A stretch of DNA of 53,139 nucleotides, filler included, from Dirinaria sp. TL-2023a (lineage: Eukaryota): NCBI GenBank assembly GCA_051941275.1. It is 3 parts of 3 records of this genome, joined end to end, with 100 filler letters (N's around TTAATTAATTAA, not from the genome) between each part and the next. Parts side by side here need not be neighbours in the genome. Positions count along the whole stretch, not along the records: positions 17,767 to 35,409 come from JAVEBF010000418.1; positions 35,510 to 53,139 come from JAVEBF010000419.1; 1 more part is not named here. One strand, 5' to 3'. Positions within the stretch are counted from its first letter, which is position 1; each line of letters starts with the position of its first letter. The translations under genes were made by a program, and so were the position numbers. Shown here one piece after another: positions 33,296-46,644 of the stretch. Below the pieces are notes generated by a model. The model saw only the letters and a program-made list of their open reading frames with translations. It ran no database searches and was not told the origin of the DNA.

Positions 33296-34457
33296 ATGCA
33301 TCTACCCTTAATCTCAGCACTCGTTCTGGCAGCGAACCTGACTCAATCGCTGGCGACGGCGGCGCCCACGTATGTGAATTACACCACCATCACGGGCTAC
33401 TTCCTACAGGATGACCTCTCCACCAACGCGAGCACGTTCGATTTCATGGCGACAAACTTTGGGCTGATCAACCGCTCATACCCTAACGAACTTAACATCT
33501 CCGGAAAGAAGCATAACCCGACGCAATGGCAGCGCTTCGCGCGCGAAGTCTCCTATCTCAACCTTCATGCCCCAAGTGACACCGAGTACAAAATCCTCTA
33601 TATGGGCCGGCACGGTGACGGGCTCCACAACGATGCTCAAGCGTACTACGGCACGCCGGCATGGAACTGCTACTACTCAGTTCGGGACGGAAACGGCTCC
33701 GTCGTATGGGCCGACGCTTCACTCTCTCCCTTAGGGATAAGCCAAGCACAAGCCGTGCACCGGTTCTGGGCTTCCCAGCTGGTCGGGCAGAGAACACCTG
33801 CACCGGAGCGGTTCTACACGAGTCCCTTGACGCGGTGTTTGCAGACCGCGAACCTGACTTTCGACGGCTTGGCTTTGCAGCATCCCTTTGCGCCTGAGGT
33901 AAAAGAGCTTTTTCGCGAGGGTATCAGCGGCCATACGTGTGATCGACGGGGTTCGAAGACGTATATCCACCGTGCCTTCCCTAGCTATATTATTGAACCC
34001 GGATTCGCAGAGACGGATCCCCTGTGGGAGGCGCTGCATGGCGAAACAAATGTAGACCAAGATCTCAGGTCCAAGACAGTGTTGGACGCTGTGTTCTCGT
34101 CCTCTTCCCACAAGCGCGAGACTTATGTTTCCATCACGAGTCACTCGGGAGAGATAGCAAGTTTGTTGCGAGGTAAGCCACACATTTCGTCCCTTGCTCG
34201 AATGTATAAATATGTAAACCTAGCCATCAGGATAGTTCGCGCATTGCTGAATTGGGGCTGTAGTTCTGGGCCACAGAGTCTTCCCACTCAACACAGGCGC
34301 AGTTATTCCGGTTCTAGTCCGCGCGCAGACCATTAGGGAGATAGCACCGAGTATGACTGCGAGTCAGCCATACACCCCAATTTGTACCTGTACGTCGCCG
34401 CCGCCGATGACAGCCACGACGTCGGATTGTACATATCCCACGGCGACTGAGAGCTAG
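33296..34457 (+). CDS. Histidine phosphatase / phosphoglycerate mutase family protein (Pmu1-like) with signal peptide, 2 exons (intron 34173-34263)
   Basis: Signal-peptide-like N-terminus, YMGRHGDG (RHG motif), WADASLSPLG, YTSPLTRCLQT, HTCDRR and ITSHSG. Exon 2 reads LGHRVFPLNTGAVIPVLVRA followed by a Thr/Pro/Cys tail; stop at 34455-34457. Confidence 0.9.
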
Positions 34458-35321
34458 TTTACCCTGGTTGATTTGAAATTTTCGGGGCCTCAGGGACGGG
34501 CAGCCGCAGTGCAACCGATACCCTCTAGACAGGTATCCAAATCCTATGTGACAAACTAGGTAATCGATTGAAACTTTCGCCCAGTGGCCGTCATACGATT
34601 TTCGAAGTCAGACCCAGTAATACGTAATGCTCGCCTCATAAAATATTTAAACAGACTCACAGCCGCTTTCGACATACATCCTGAGTCATCAACGCTCATG
34701 ACAGTAGAGAAAACGACTCTGGGAGTGGATGAAGTCATGTGCTCGACCTATGAATGAAAGAAATCCAGGAGCTAGAGGAGTAAATCAAACCCTGATTTAA
34801 CCCTGAGTCTTCATCCGTCATTGACGTCATATTCAGATGATGGTCGAAGTCATATAAGCTACAATCCTCATTTCGCAGTCATCGATTCAGTAGAAGCGTG
34901 TCATAATCCTCGCATTGATCTTCGCCCGTGTCGAGTTGAATTAACGGCAATTGCCGTCGATCCAATCCCAATCCGTCTGGACGTCGAACAACCGCCCGGG
35001 AGTAAATCATTTAGACCCAAATGGATCGGCGGGGGAGAGGCAACTTGGAAGTTTTGCTCGGTGTTTTCTCCGCAGTGCCATAAAGGACATCATATATGTC
35101 ACATATTCCTCGACTGAAGTCTCGGCCTCCTTGAATAATCCAGTCGAGTCACAAGAGAGACGCAAAATGCTTTTCTGAGGCCGTCTCTTAGACGTACTAC
35201 GCATTAACGAGAAAAAAAAAAAAAACAAAATTCCCCCATCTCTGCAAAAACCAACCAACCTCATTTCAAAGAAAAGGCCATTTCATTTCTCCTCTTCCCC
35301 ACCACCTCCAATCCCGCAACC

Positions 35322-35409
35322 ATGTCCTCCACCCTCCAAAACAACAAATCAACCACCATCCTCTCCGCCGCCGTAAAAAGCTCCTACGCCGTCCCCGCCG
35401 TCTGCGTCG
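35322..35409 (+). CDS. N-terminus of a class II ketose-bisphosphate aldolase, truncated by the gap
   Basis: MSSTLQNNKSTTILSAAVKSSYAVPAVCV resembles the class II aldolase start (IL-x-x-A-x-x-x-x-YAVPA-x-x-x-YN). Only 29 codons are visible. Confidence 0.6.
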
Positions 35410-35509
35410 NNNNNNNNNNNNNNNNNNNNNNNNNNNNNNNNNNNNNNNNNNNNTTAATTAATTAANNNNNNNNNNNNNNNNNNNNNNNNNNNNNNNNNNN
35501 NNNNNNNNN
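35410..35509. other. Artificial contig-joining spacer (N44-TTAATTAATTAA-N44)
   Basis: Same 100-nt structure as 17667-17766. Confidence 0.97.
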
Positions 35510-36303
35510 CAATATCAAACAAACCAAAAAATAAAAAAGGAAAAAAAAAAAAAAAAAAACCTCAACTCCGAACAATACCAGAAATGAAAGTAATCCAATC
35601 CACTCCCCCGCGCTCTCGATTAATCCAGATCAGATAAGCGCAAGCTATCAAAGCCGGGGGAAAAACCCTAGGTATATATGTCAGTTCACTAACCTACTCG
35701 ATACGAGAGAGAGAAAACGGACTTCAAAAGATTGAAATTGAGTGGAGCAATTAGCAATCTACCCCAAATTTCGGAGTGGGAGTCTTGAACCGGATGGGAC
35801 GAATAGTTATTCTTTTTTTGTTTTTTTTTTTTTTTTGATGTACAACAAACCCGTTGAGGAAAAAAAAAATCTTTCTTTGAAAATCGGGCGATAGATGTAC
35901 GAAAAAGGGATGGTGGAAAGGAATTTGATTTGGTTCTTGGGGAGTTGTTGGTAAGAAAGGGGGGTTTTGCGACGACCTGGGGGGCAATGAATGCTTAACG
36001 AAAGAGATTTTTATAATTTGCGCACGCTCTTGGTCAGGAACTCTATTCTTCTTCTTGGTGGGGGGAACAAAACAAAATTCTGCTCTTTAAAGCCTATCGA
36101 TTGATTACTCTCTACAGACATAAGACAGCGAATTGTATCGCTAGCCTTTAAACACCACTGCCCACTCCCTGTTCGGACGTCTAATCAATGACCTACCCTC
36201 ATAATAGGGCTAAAATATGTAATCTAACAATATCCCCATGGCTCTACTACGGAACGGCCCTCACACAACTAACTTTACGACGAACCGGCCTCGCCATGGT
36301 TGT

Positions 36304-39300
36304 TCACTCTGCGTCCGCCTTCTCCTCGCCCTCAGGAGCATGGCTCGCGCTAACATTGACCGCCAAAAAACTCTTCGGCAGTCGGACCGTGTTAAATTTC
36401 GCTCTCAGGGTCTCCAGAACCTCCTTCCAATCGGCGTGCGCAGTCAAACTCCTGCGCGGCGCGCAGCCGATGCTGTGTTTCGAATCGAGCATCACGTCGA
36501 GGGGATCAACCGTGTGGCAGCCGGGGGTGATGCCGATGCGGATGCTGTAGGTGAAGGTGTCGGCGTCTTTATCCTCGGACTCGTAGAGCTCGAAGCTGAT
36601 GGTGGAGAGGTAGTCGAGCTCGGGGATGGCGTTGCGCGAGATCTTGGTCTTGATGCCGCCCTCGAGGATGCAGTTCAGCAGCGTGTAGATGTGGGATTCC
36701 TTGGTGAAGTAGATGAAGGACTTGGCGTCGTCCGAGGCCTGCACTTCTTCCAGGTCCTTGACGATCTCCTTGAGCAAGGGCAGCGAGGTCAGGAGCCCGA
36801 TCTCCAGCTTTTCACTGTCGTCGATCCCGTACTCTTGCGGGCAGACGAAGTCGAACAGGACTTTGGCCACTCGGTACAGTTCGCGCAGCTTGACTAAGCG
36901 AGGGTCTTGCTTGGCTCGTGTTTGCCCGTTTCCGATAAAGAGTTTGAAGTAAGACTCTTGAGTCTCTTCGTTGAGGAGCTGAGGCGATGGCGGACTCATG
37001 ACGGACCGCCGCCTGAAGCCGATTCTTTGGGAAAGGCTGGCACCGGTATTTTTGTCGGATACTTTCTCGCTTAAGCCAGGCTTTTGGTCGTGACCACCGC
37101 GGGACGGGAGGGTGCCTGATGATGCAGTATGGACCGTTTCGCGAGATGAGCCGCTGCCGGGTACTTTTGGAGTATCCCGAGGCGGAATGCTGCCGCTGTC
37201 CGGGGACGTGCCTGAATACGCGTTTGAGACGTTTGACAAAGCCTTATCATCACCAGGGGAGTCGTCTGACAGCATGCTCGCTGGAGGCAGGAAGACCCAT
37301 TCAAGGAACTGGCGATTATGCAGCGCATCGAATTTCATTGTATCGTAAAGCTCAGAGATCTTGCTAGGGTCGACCTTCTCGGAATCGCAGAACTCGGAAA
37401 ACAGTTTTTCCCACCTTTCCTTGAATAGTTCCGCGTCTTCTCCACAGCACCACCGAGCTTGGATTTGTGCAAGCGACTTCGCCTGGCTCGCCGATCCACC
37501 AACGACCGGCATTGTTCTGGATCCTGCGGAAGCACTACCCTTTGCATTGGTCATTGATGGAACGTTCTCATTCTGCGCAGCCACCGAAGCCGTGGCTGTG
37601 CCAGCCAGCATCTTGAAATTATGCCTCATTACCTTGCGATGAAATATCATCAGATCAACCACCTTCTGAACAACGAGGAACGGCTCTGGCATGTTCGAAG
37701 GCCAAGCAAATTGTGGTGGAGCTGAGTGTCCTTCTCTCAATAGCAGCTTTAGCTTCTTCTTGACTTTATCCATGACGTCTTTGGCAGCGTTAGAGTCATC
37801 AAGGAGATCTTTGCGTACTATTATGAAGTCGTCGGGTACTTCATTCTGGTTCAGGAAAGACGCTGCCCAGATCTGCGCGCTCGTGCTGACCCGACGCTCG
37901 GAGCTTGTAAAGACTCGAACATTATCTAGAACCTCCCTGTTCATCAGAAGTAGATCGCTGCGCATGTTCTCGCCTAGATCTTGAGATTGGTATCGCGCAG
38001 AATGCGTAGGCTCCCCACCCCATTTGATGATCAATTGAAGCTTATCAAGGATAAGATCATTCTCTGCCGCTGAAAATCTTGACAGTGTTACATCATTTAG
38101 CGAGTCGTGCCTGGCGTGAAGCCTTGATGCCGCATCGATTTCCTCCGGCTCCTGAACAAGTTGGGGTGCAGCTACAGGGATTTCAGAAGTGGACCCGCTT
38201 AATTCTTGTGACTCGCGAAGCTTCCGAGCCTCCTCAGGCTTCCTCTTCCGAAACATTGGTTTGATTTGGACCTTGGTCCCCGTCCAAGCACCTTTTCGAG
38301 CGAGGGAAGTTTGCAAGATCTGGAGCTTTTCGGGATCTTCTATGCCCTCCTTCATTGCAACTTTGACCGCATCGAGAACGCTGTTGAGGGCTGCCTCGCC
38401 TTTAAGCAAGACCTCCTCTTGATGTCCATGGAGTAAGTTCACGAAAGGCTGAGTGTGAAAGGTGAATTTGAATTTCTGCTTTGGCGTCCTATCGGCATGT
38501 CTGATAACGGACACCATGCCTTTTAACTTCCAAGCATGCTTTGAAGACGGCTGTGGTGGTTGGCCTTCATCTGCCGCAGGCATTGCTGGCTGGGTCTCGA
38601 GGATCGGTCCTGGAGGGCCTGTCGAGGTAGGTGATGGGAGCTGATCAGGTGCAGGACGCGGCACGAGGTTGGGAATCACCTTGGTGTCTATGGTTGGTGG
38701 AGACGACAATGGTGTAGTAGATGAAGATACTTCTGGTGACGATGTACCGTGTGTACGGCTGCCATGGTGATGTCCTCTCAGCTTACTCATGCTGGGACTT
38801 TTCATAATTGCTTTCAGCGCCGAGCGATGGCTTGTGGTGTTCTTGCGGTGTGGAAGGCTGTCGACAGTTGTTTCGTCTGATTTTTCTGACAAAGCAGGAG
38901 TCCCAGTACGCTTCTGCTTCTCCTGAATGCACAATTGCTTCAAGATCCTAGCACATGTATCGTAATACTCGGTATTGTCCTTCACGAAACTCCAGCCGTT
39001 CACATCGATGACAAAACTTTTCGCACCGACGCGCAACAAGTCAAAGCCACATATACGCTGCCCAAAAGAGTTCGCAATTTTCGTCGCCATCAATGATTCT
39101 TCTTTGGTCAAGCTCGTGATGTATCGAATCTCTTTTCCATGAGTGTTTCTGCGCACAAGGCCGTCGAAAACAGGCGAGACTCTTGTCTCTGCGTGGCAAT
39201 AATTTGGACCCACCGTATAGGCCTTGACATCGTCCGCGTTATCGACACGAAGAAACTTTTCGTAGATATAGCTGCTTCCCTCTTCGAACACAGCACGAGG

Positions 39301-41023
39301 GACGATCAGACCGGGATCCCACTCCGAGCTCTTGTTGCCAATCTTTCGAAATAATTTGCGGCCGCCGCCTCCCTGAGGGTGATCATGGGGAAAGTAAATG
39401 CGTATATTGTGGTCCTCACCGCTTACTGGTTTCTCTACGAAAGGCTTTTTAATAGCCATACCATCGACTAGTAGCGTATCCCCATCGTCGCTGAGAGTTA
39501 CTTTACCGGCTTTGGGCAAGCCGCCACCTGTGCCATCCTCTGGCCCTTCTAACTTGACGCTACTAAGCTGGTAAAGATGGTCTGCAAGGTCTGCAGACTC
39601 AAGAGTCGGTCCACCATCTCTATTGACCTCTACCCGATCAGGAGTTGGGACGCCTCTAGAGTCCAGAATGCGAAGGCAAATTCTCCGGTCCCAAAGAACT
39701 TTTTGCATGGGAAGATCGTTGATGGCGAATGGTTTACGGAGTTTGTCATAAGCGATCGCCTTGTCAAGGGGAAACCCGTCAGAGAAGAAAGAGATGAGGA
39801 AGTCGCAGATTGGCCAATTCTCGACATCCTCGTCTAAGATTACTTTGTCTCCGAAAACTACCACTTCGAAGTCGCCATTCGCTTGTAACCGGGTCAATAT
39901 GTTTCGACTAGGCTTACTTCGAGCCTTCACATCAAGCGCGCAAACACCCAATCGTCCAATTGGAGTGATTTTAGCGCGATCACTGTTGCTAGGGCTTGCA
40001 GTACTACTAGCAACATTGCTTCCACTCGGCTGTCGTTGAGTTCTGCTTCGAGAACGTCGAGGAGGCTGCGGTCTAGCCAAAGCACCTGATTCCCACGATT
40101 CATTGGATTTTGAAATGGCCGAGGGTGGCGGAGCCATTTCCTTAGTTATAGGCACTGTTCTCGATGGATTAGTAAGCTATGCTCACTCAATGAAGGTTCT
40201 ACTCCGAGAGCAAACCTGTATGTTGTAGTTGCGCATTTGCGGTGACCGAAACCGGATCTGTCGCAGTCGTTGCTGAAGATGGCGTCTCTCCTTTCAAAGA
40301 ACTTTTCGATGGCGATAAAGGCGCAGAGTTAGAACCGTGTTGTTCCAATGGATTGCTCTTAATAGATCCTGCATTCGAGCTTGCCGTACTTTGGGGGGCA
40401 CTCACGGCGCCAGTGGCTCCATTGTAGATAGCGGAACCCAGTGAATAGAGTGAGGAGAAAGATAATCTATTGCTGCTCCCATCCGTATCCGAGCTTGGCG
40501 GCTTCAAGCTGGGTTCAGGTAGCGAAAGGGATGTAGAAGGCTCGAGAGGTGCTCCATGCGTGCTTTGACTTGGCGTTTTCTCGACGTCTTCGGGTTCGAG
40601 TATTTCATTACCAGGCCTGACTGGCCGTGTGCTTTCCATGCTTGCCCTTGTAATCGGCTTCTCGTTCCCAAGTAGTGTTGCAGATGGGCGCCTGGAGGTT
40701 GATGGCCTATAAGTAAAAGATGGCGTTGTTGCGGGCGGAGGCATAGATATGCTTGCCCTTCCGATATTCGTCGTTGTCCCGATGTCTGCAAACCTGCTCT
40801 TTCTGTTTATCGTAGACGTGGAAGGCGAGCTCGAGAGTAAGGTGTGGGAAGGAGTACGGGTTTTTACCCCGACCGGTCTTGTTCCCTTGGCTGCATCGGA
40901 AGGTGTATCTTCATTGGCTACGTCTGTCAAGCTTTTCTGAGGTTCAGTATCTGCAGTAGTCGTTTGAGAAACCTCTGACGAGGCCGCGCTTTCCAGACTT
41001 GCTGTTCTTGACAAAGAAACCAT
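36304..41023 (-). CDS. VIP1: Inositol hexakisphosphate / diphosphoinositol-pentakisphosphate kinase (Vip1/Asp1), 2 exons (intron about 40215-40155)
   Basis: ATP-grasp kinase domain (GVCALDVKARSKP, PFVEKPVSGEDHN, DVKAYTVG, IDVNGWSFVK), histidine-phosphatase domain (IRHADRTPKQK, FTKESHIYTLLN, ELDYLS) and a Ser-rich N-terminal exon. Confidence 0.95.
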
Positions 41024-41375
41024 ACTGGCGCTATTGATTGCCGCACCACCCTCCGCAGGAGGCTACCGAATGACGTTCGATTGCATCGATCGGTATTTTG
41101 ATCCCGGTAAATGATCAATTAGCCATGGTATGCGGCATAGAACCTTGGTATGGCGAATTGTGTCATCTTACCACTGACAAAGAAAATGGTTGAGAAAAAG
41201 GTCTTGTGATTCGGTTTGGTGCGGAGGTTTCTTTCCTTTTTCGGCGACTCGGGAAAAATTGCCGTTGGGAGAAGCGGGAGTTTGCTATCCTCGCTTCGTA
41301 AACCTACTGTGGTAGCGACGCCCCATAGCATTTTTGAGCTGAGAAACCTTGAGTGATGCAACCAATTAGTGCAAG
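41024..41375. promoter_or_regulatory. Probable bidirectional promoter between VIP1 and UTP21
   Basis: The two start codons point away from each other and are only about 350 bp apart. This is an inference from geometry. Confidence 0.5.
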
Positions 41376-44300
41376 ATGTCTCGAGACATTTTAGAGAGTA
41401 ACCTCCACACAGCAAAGCGGCAGAAGCGAACCAACGGAGCATCTGATCAACCTCGAGTCTCAAGAATCTTTGCGCCTTTCCGGGTAAGTGCTTCAGAAAT
41501 GGATTATTCTCACCACTAATCGGTGTTCTATAGACCGTAGGCCTTGTCTCCCCCACTCAAGTACCTTTCACATCCGTCCCCCTTGGCAAAACCAGTTTCC
41601 AGATCACTACTTCTGTTGGACGCAGCCTCCAAACCTACGACCTTCGCAAAGGGTTGAACCTTGTTTTCCTGACAAGACCTCAGACCCCTTCAGAGATTAC
41701 AGCGTCATGTGCATGGAGAGACCGGGTGCTGGCGGCGTGGGGAGGAGAAGTACAAGGCAGTCATGTGGGGGTGTGGGCCTTCAAGCGAGGGAGAAAGGTC
41801 GCAGAGCTAGAGATGCCGAAAAGGTCGAATGAATCCATCAGGAAACTACTGGTATTTGGAGCATGGACTGTGGGGTGCTGCTCTACCAGTATTGAGGTAT
41901 GGAAGTCCGCTACGTGCGAGCACTACACGACCATCACACCCAGAGGATCTAGTGGTGCACCTCTTCCTGGCGAGGTATGCAATATGCCAACTATGCTGAA
42001 CAAATTACTTGTTGGAAAGAACGATGGTACCGTGGAGATGTGGAATGTTAGCACTGGCAAGCTGGTCTATACTTTTCAATCGTCAGATCATTCATCTGGC
42101 CCAGTCACTGCTTTACAACCGACACCAGCACTATCATTGCTTGCAATCGCACGCTCTGATGGATCTATTGTGATTCAAGACGTGCGAGCAGACAAAATAT
42201 TAATACAGCTGAACTCCAAAAAAGCCCGCAAAGCAGCCATCACATCAATCTCTTTCCGGACTGACGGCCTGGGTGCTGGGAGAGATGGCCAGAAAGATGG
42301 CATAATGGCAACTGCTGGACCAGATGACGGGGATGTCACTCTTTGGGATTTGAATGAAGGTGGGCGAATCAGCGGCACATTGCGAGGTGCTCACAACCCA
42401 GCCTCGTCCATCCGCGGCGGGGTCTCTGGAGGCGTCAGCAAAGTAGAGTTCTTGCCTGGACAAGCCGTAATGATGACCAGTGGTCTCGATAACGCGCTAA
42501 AATCTTGGATCTTCGATGGGAAATCGCTCACGACAGTACCGCGGATTCTGCACTCTCGCAGTGGTCACGCGGCGCCGGTCACCGCTCTCGGCTTCATGCC
42601 CACCAATTCGGATGGGGCAGATGCTAGCGGCAAATGGCTACTGAGTGCGGCTCGGGATCAAAGCTTATGGGGGTGGAGCTTACGGCGAGACGGGCAGAGT
42701 ACTGAGCTAAGCCAGGGTTCCATTCGAAAAAAGGCAAAGAAGCTGGGTGCTCTGGCCAAGAATCTTGATCTTGACGATTCCTTGAACCTTGAGGATCTGA
42801 AAGCACCAGAAATAACGTGCTTTGCGTGTTCATTGAATCGTGACGGCGGCATGGGTGTCTCAAGCGGCGGCGGTGGTGTATGGACCAACGCAGCCTCGAA
42901 GAAAGGTTCGAACCCGCCGGACAGTGCTGCTACCAGCTGGGAGAGTATTGTCACTGGCCATAGAGGAGATAGGTATGCCAGAACCTGGTCTTGGGGCAGA
43001 AAAAAGGCTGGCCGATGGGCTTTCGAGACAGGAGATGGTGCCGAAGTAACAAGCGTGGCAGTGACCTCTTGTGGTACATTCGCGCTTGTTGGCTCTGCCG
43101 CGGGGAGTATATCCACATACAACCTTCAATCTGGCATTCAACGTCAAAAATTCCCCGCCGTTTTGACACCAGCACAGAGGAAGAAGTTGAAGACGCATGC
43201 AGTAGAAAATAAGAGCGATGGCTCAGCAGACCGATATCAGAACTATGGCCCTGGAGAAGGTAAACATGTAAAAGCTGTGACTGGGCTCATGGTCGATCCA
43301 CTAAACAGAAAATTGATCAGCTGCGGACTGGATGGGAAACTCAAATTCTGGAACTTCGAAACAGGACAGCTCCAAGACCAGATCGACTGGTCTCCCATGT
43401 CCGCGATCATGGCATCTCGCTACTACAAGCAAAGCGACCTGATAGCGCTGAGCTGCGATGATCTGTCAATACGTGTGATCGATACCGAGACTAGGAAACT
43501 TGTCAGAGAGCTTTGGGGCTGTCTTGGTCAGATCAGCGATTTCGTCTTCTCTAATGACGGCCGATGGATCATCGCGGCTTCGATGGACTCCGTGATACGG
43601 GTTTGGGATCTTCCCACAGGTCACCTTGTCAATGCCTTTCGAGTAGGAAGCCCGTGCACAGCAGTGGCTTTCTCAGACACCGGTGAGTACCTTGCAACGG
43701 CGCATGCGGATTCGGTAGGCATCAATATCTGGAACAACCGCACCTTGTTCACGCATGTACCTACACGGCTGCTTCACGAGGGCGAAGTGATCGATGCTCA
43801 GGCCCCGACAGCGTCGGGAGAGAATGGGCAGGGTATGATCGATGCCGCCTTTGAGGAGGAGGAGGACGACGACATCGAGGACCGCCAAACCGCAATCGAG
43901 CTTCAATCTCCCTCAGAGCAGTTGAGCAGGGATCTCGAATCTCTATCTCTTGTTCCCAGATCGCGCTGGCAAACGCTCCTTCATCTCGACATTATTCGTC
44001 AACGCAACAAGCCCAAACAGCCTCCCAAACCGCCCGAGAAAGCACCCTTCTTTCTCCCATCTCTCGAGGGCGCTCAACCCACGCCTTTATTAGACTCCCG
44101 AAAGGAAGAGTCTAAAGTGAGCCCTGCAGAACGATCCCGAATATTGAAACTCGACCGCACCACCACTGAATCGAAATTTACCACCTTACTGCGCACGGCA
44201 AATGAGAATAGTGAATACGCTGCTTTCATCGACTATTTCAAATCACTTCCGCCGTCGGCGGCAGATATTGAGATCCGCTCACTGACCCCGCTTGAATTTG

Positions 44301-44536
44301 TGCCCTTCGTCAGCGCACTCACCTGGCGGCTGCAAGAGCGGCGTGACTACGAATTGATACAGGCCTGGATGTCCGTGTTCCTCAAAATACATGGCGAAAG
44401 CGTACCAGGGGATGCCAGAGTAGTGGAGGCTCTTAGGAAGTGGAGAACAGTGCAAGGAGAGGAAAGCAGAAGGCTCGGGGAGCTCGTCGGATACTGTGGA
44501 GGCGTGGTAAGCTTCTTGAGAAGCTCAAGGGTGTAA
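41376..44536 (+). CDS. UTP21: U3 snoRNA-associated WD40 protein Utp21 (WDR36), 2 exons (intron 41484-41533)
   Basis: Exon 1 ends SRIFAPFR and exon 2 starts TVGLVSPTQVPF. WD repeats, RSGHAAP, ELSQG, and the C-terminal Utp21 domain (SRWQTLLHLDIIRQRNKPKQPPKPPEKAPFFLPSL, RRDYELIQAWMSVFLKIHG). Confidence 0.95.
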
Positions 44537-44682
44537 TATCAGAATTTGCACTTGCTGTCTACCGCCAACAGGATGCTTGTGCATGTCGTAAGAATGACGT
44601 ATTCTATCTTAACACAATGAGACGATGACGACAAGAAAATTGAAGTTGCCATCAACCTGTTTGCAGAATTGCACAAGCAGTT

Positions 44683-46340
44683 TCACGCATTGACTTTCGG
44701 CAGCATAAGCAAATCCAGCGGACTTTCTGCGCACATCCTGACCTTAACCCATCCATTCTGACCGACTTTGACGATCTTTCCATCCACACAGACCCTTCGC
44801 CAGCGGCTGTCTTCCTCATCAAAATCAATGTGCAGCCCATCTACCTCTTCATAGCTTACGGCTTCATCGCTAACATGGGTTCCATCCGTAAATGCTCGTC
44901 CAAGGACACTCATCACGCGATCGCTCGACATGGGTCCGAAATGCAATAACCGCATTCGTCCGTCAAGAGGCTTGGAACAAGGCGAGATGCAGAGTTTCTC
45001 TTCCAGATGCGAGACCATCGTTGCCAAAATGTACATGTGCTCATGCCGATCCAGAGGTCGACTCGTATCCGGGTTACTACCCTTGATGAAGGGTGTCACC
45101 TGACCCTTGTATATATGCGGTGAGCCGTCTGACGGTTCTAGCAGCTCCTTCGCACTTGTGGGTCACGGCGTTAGCATATGCTTTCCTCATAATATCCAAA
45201 AATTGTAAAGTTGAGTCCGAATGTAGCGCAATCAAGATGAGTGTTGTAGTTGGTTGAGAGTGCCAAGCCAAGGAGGCTAGGAGATGAAAACTGTTACTCA
45301 CGCCATCTGGAAGCGATCAGAACCAAATTTTCGATATTCCGTCGTGTCACTGTCCGCAACAAGGGAAGCGTGAAGGCCCCAGCTACAAACCACCGCGCCG
45401 TGAATCATCACATTACCATCTTCATCTTCGGTATCGAGTGGCTCGGTATCGCGACCTTCATTGACAAGGAGTTCGCTGCCTGCTGAGAAGGTTGCAACAT
45501 ATGTTGGTAGACTTTGCGGCTCTCCACGAAAAAAGTGGCGTAGACCGCGTGTCGCGTCACTGTTGATACCTGTGGAATTCGCCAATGCATTGCCCGTGCC
45601 CAATGCAACAAGACCAATTAATGGCCGTACGAAAGGTCCTTCCTCTCCTGAACCTGGATCATGGGGCTGGAGTACATTGACGAGGTCGACTATCCCGCCG
45701 TCACCGGACAGAAGTAGAATCGTTTGCTGTATGCCTGCCCTCGCTCGAGGCAAAATCACCTGTCGGGCCAACTCAGTGACGGATTTCTCTGACACGGTCG
45801 TAACGATATTGTATTGGCTTTCTTGAATTCCATATGCTGTCAGAGCAGGACGGACAACACCAGCAAAAAAATGCTCTGCTTCACCCAGACCAGAGCGCAC
45901 CGAGATGACGATGTGGAAGTTTGGCTTTCCGTCTGTCGACGGCCAATGCAGGAACGGCGGTTTTGAAAGTCCCAGATGCTTCTCTAGGAAAGAAGCAGGG
46001 AGCCCCGTGGCCGCAATAGCTTCGAAGCAGAATGGGATCTCTCCAGTTATAGACGTAGGTGTCTGCAATTGTAGAATGTTGTAGAATGGTGTAGCTATTG
46101 CCTCTTCGCCTGAAGTGCTGATCTCTCGCACAGCAATAATGTTGCGGTGTTCTATGATTTCCACATGGTCGTCGTATGAGATCTCCAACTTCCCGACACA
46201 GTCATCGTATCTAGCCTCCTTTCCACGTGCGGTCTGCTGAGGCTGTTCCATCCTTTGGCGAGGAAGCCTGGCGCATGAAAAGCAGCTCGGTTGGAGCTGC
46301 ACCGTATCGGAAAACGGGCTGATGAGTCCGTGAAAGCCAT
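44683..46340 (-). CDS. Diacylglycerol/sphingosine kinase catalytic-domain (DAGK_cat) protein; start uncertain (46340 or 46251)
   Basis: IVISVRSG, LLLSGDGGIVDLVN, ALGTGNALANS, SWGLHASLVADSD and RRVCVDGKIV. An intron at about 45301-45155 joins FQMA to AKELLEPSDGSPH. Confidence 0.85.
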
Positions 46341-46644
46341 AATGGTTGCCTAGTCATCTCCTTGATAACACAATCGTAAGGAATCAGCTCGTGATGGTGA
46401 GTGCAGCGCAGTCTTGAGAATCGGTCACCTCCATGTTCCGGAGGATGACTGCTATCACTACGGCGGGCGGGAACGACGCGACGCAGCCTGCATTCAATGC
46501 CAAGACCTGTTTTCCGCAGTACGGAAAAAGCAAGGTAAAGTACGAGGTATCTTTGGAAACAACGTGCGCATTAATCTACGATGAGAGCCCCAATTGATGG
46601 CCTGAATCATCTCATAAGGCCATCGAATCAACCATAAAATCGTC

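Noticed and set aside
34556..35264. Short ORFs between the phosphatase and aldolase genes as a pseudogene
   Set aside because: Some frames look protein-like but no motif was recognised, so it cannot be supported without a search.
45155..45301. Longer-than-usual intron in the DAGK gene (also 9732-9875 in the PTH11-like gene) as a snoRNA host or stwintron
   Set aside because: No clear C/D or H/ACA boxes or nested splice signals were seen, and the length is within the normal fungal range.
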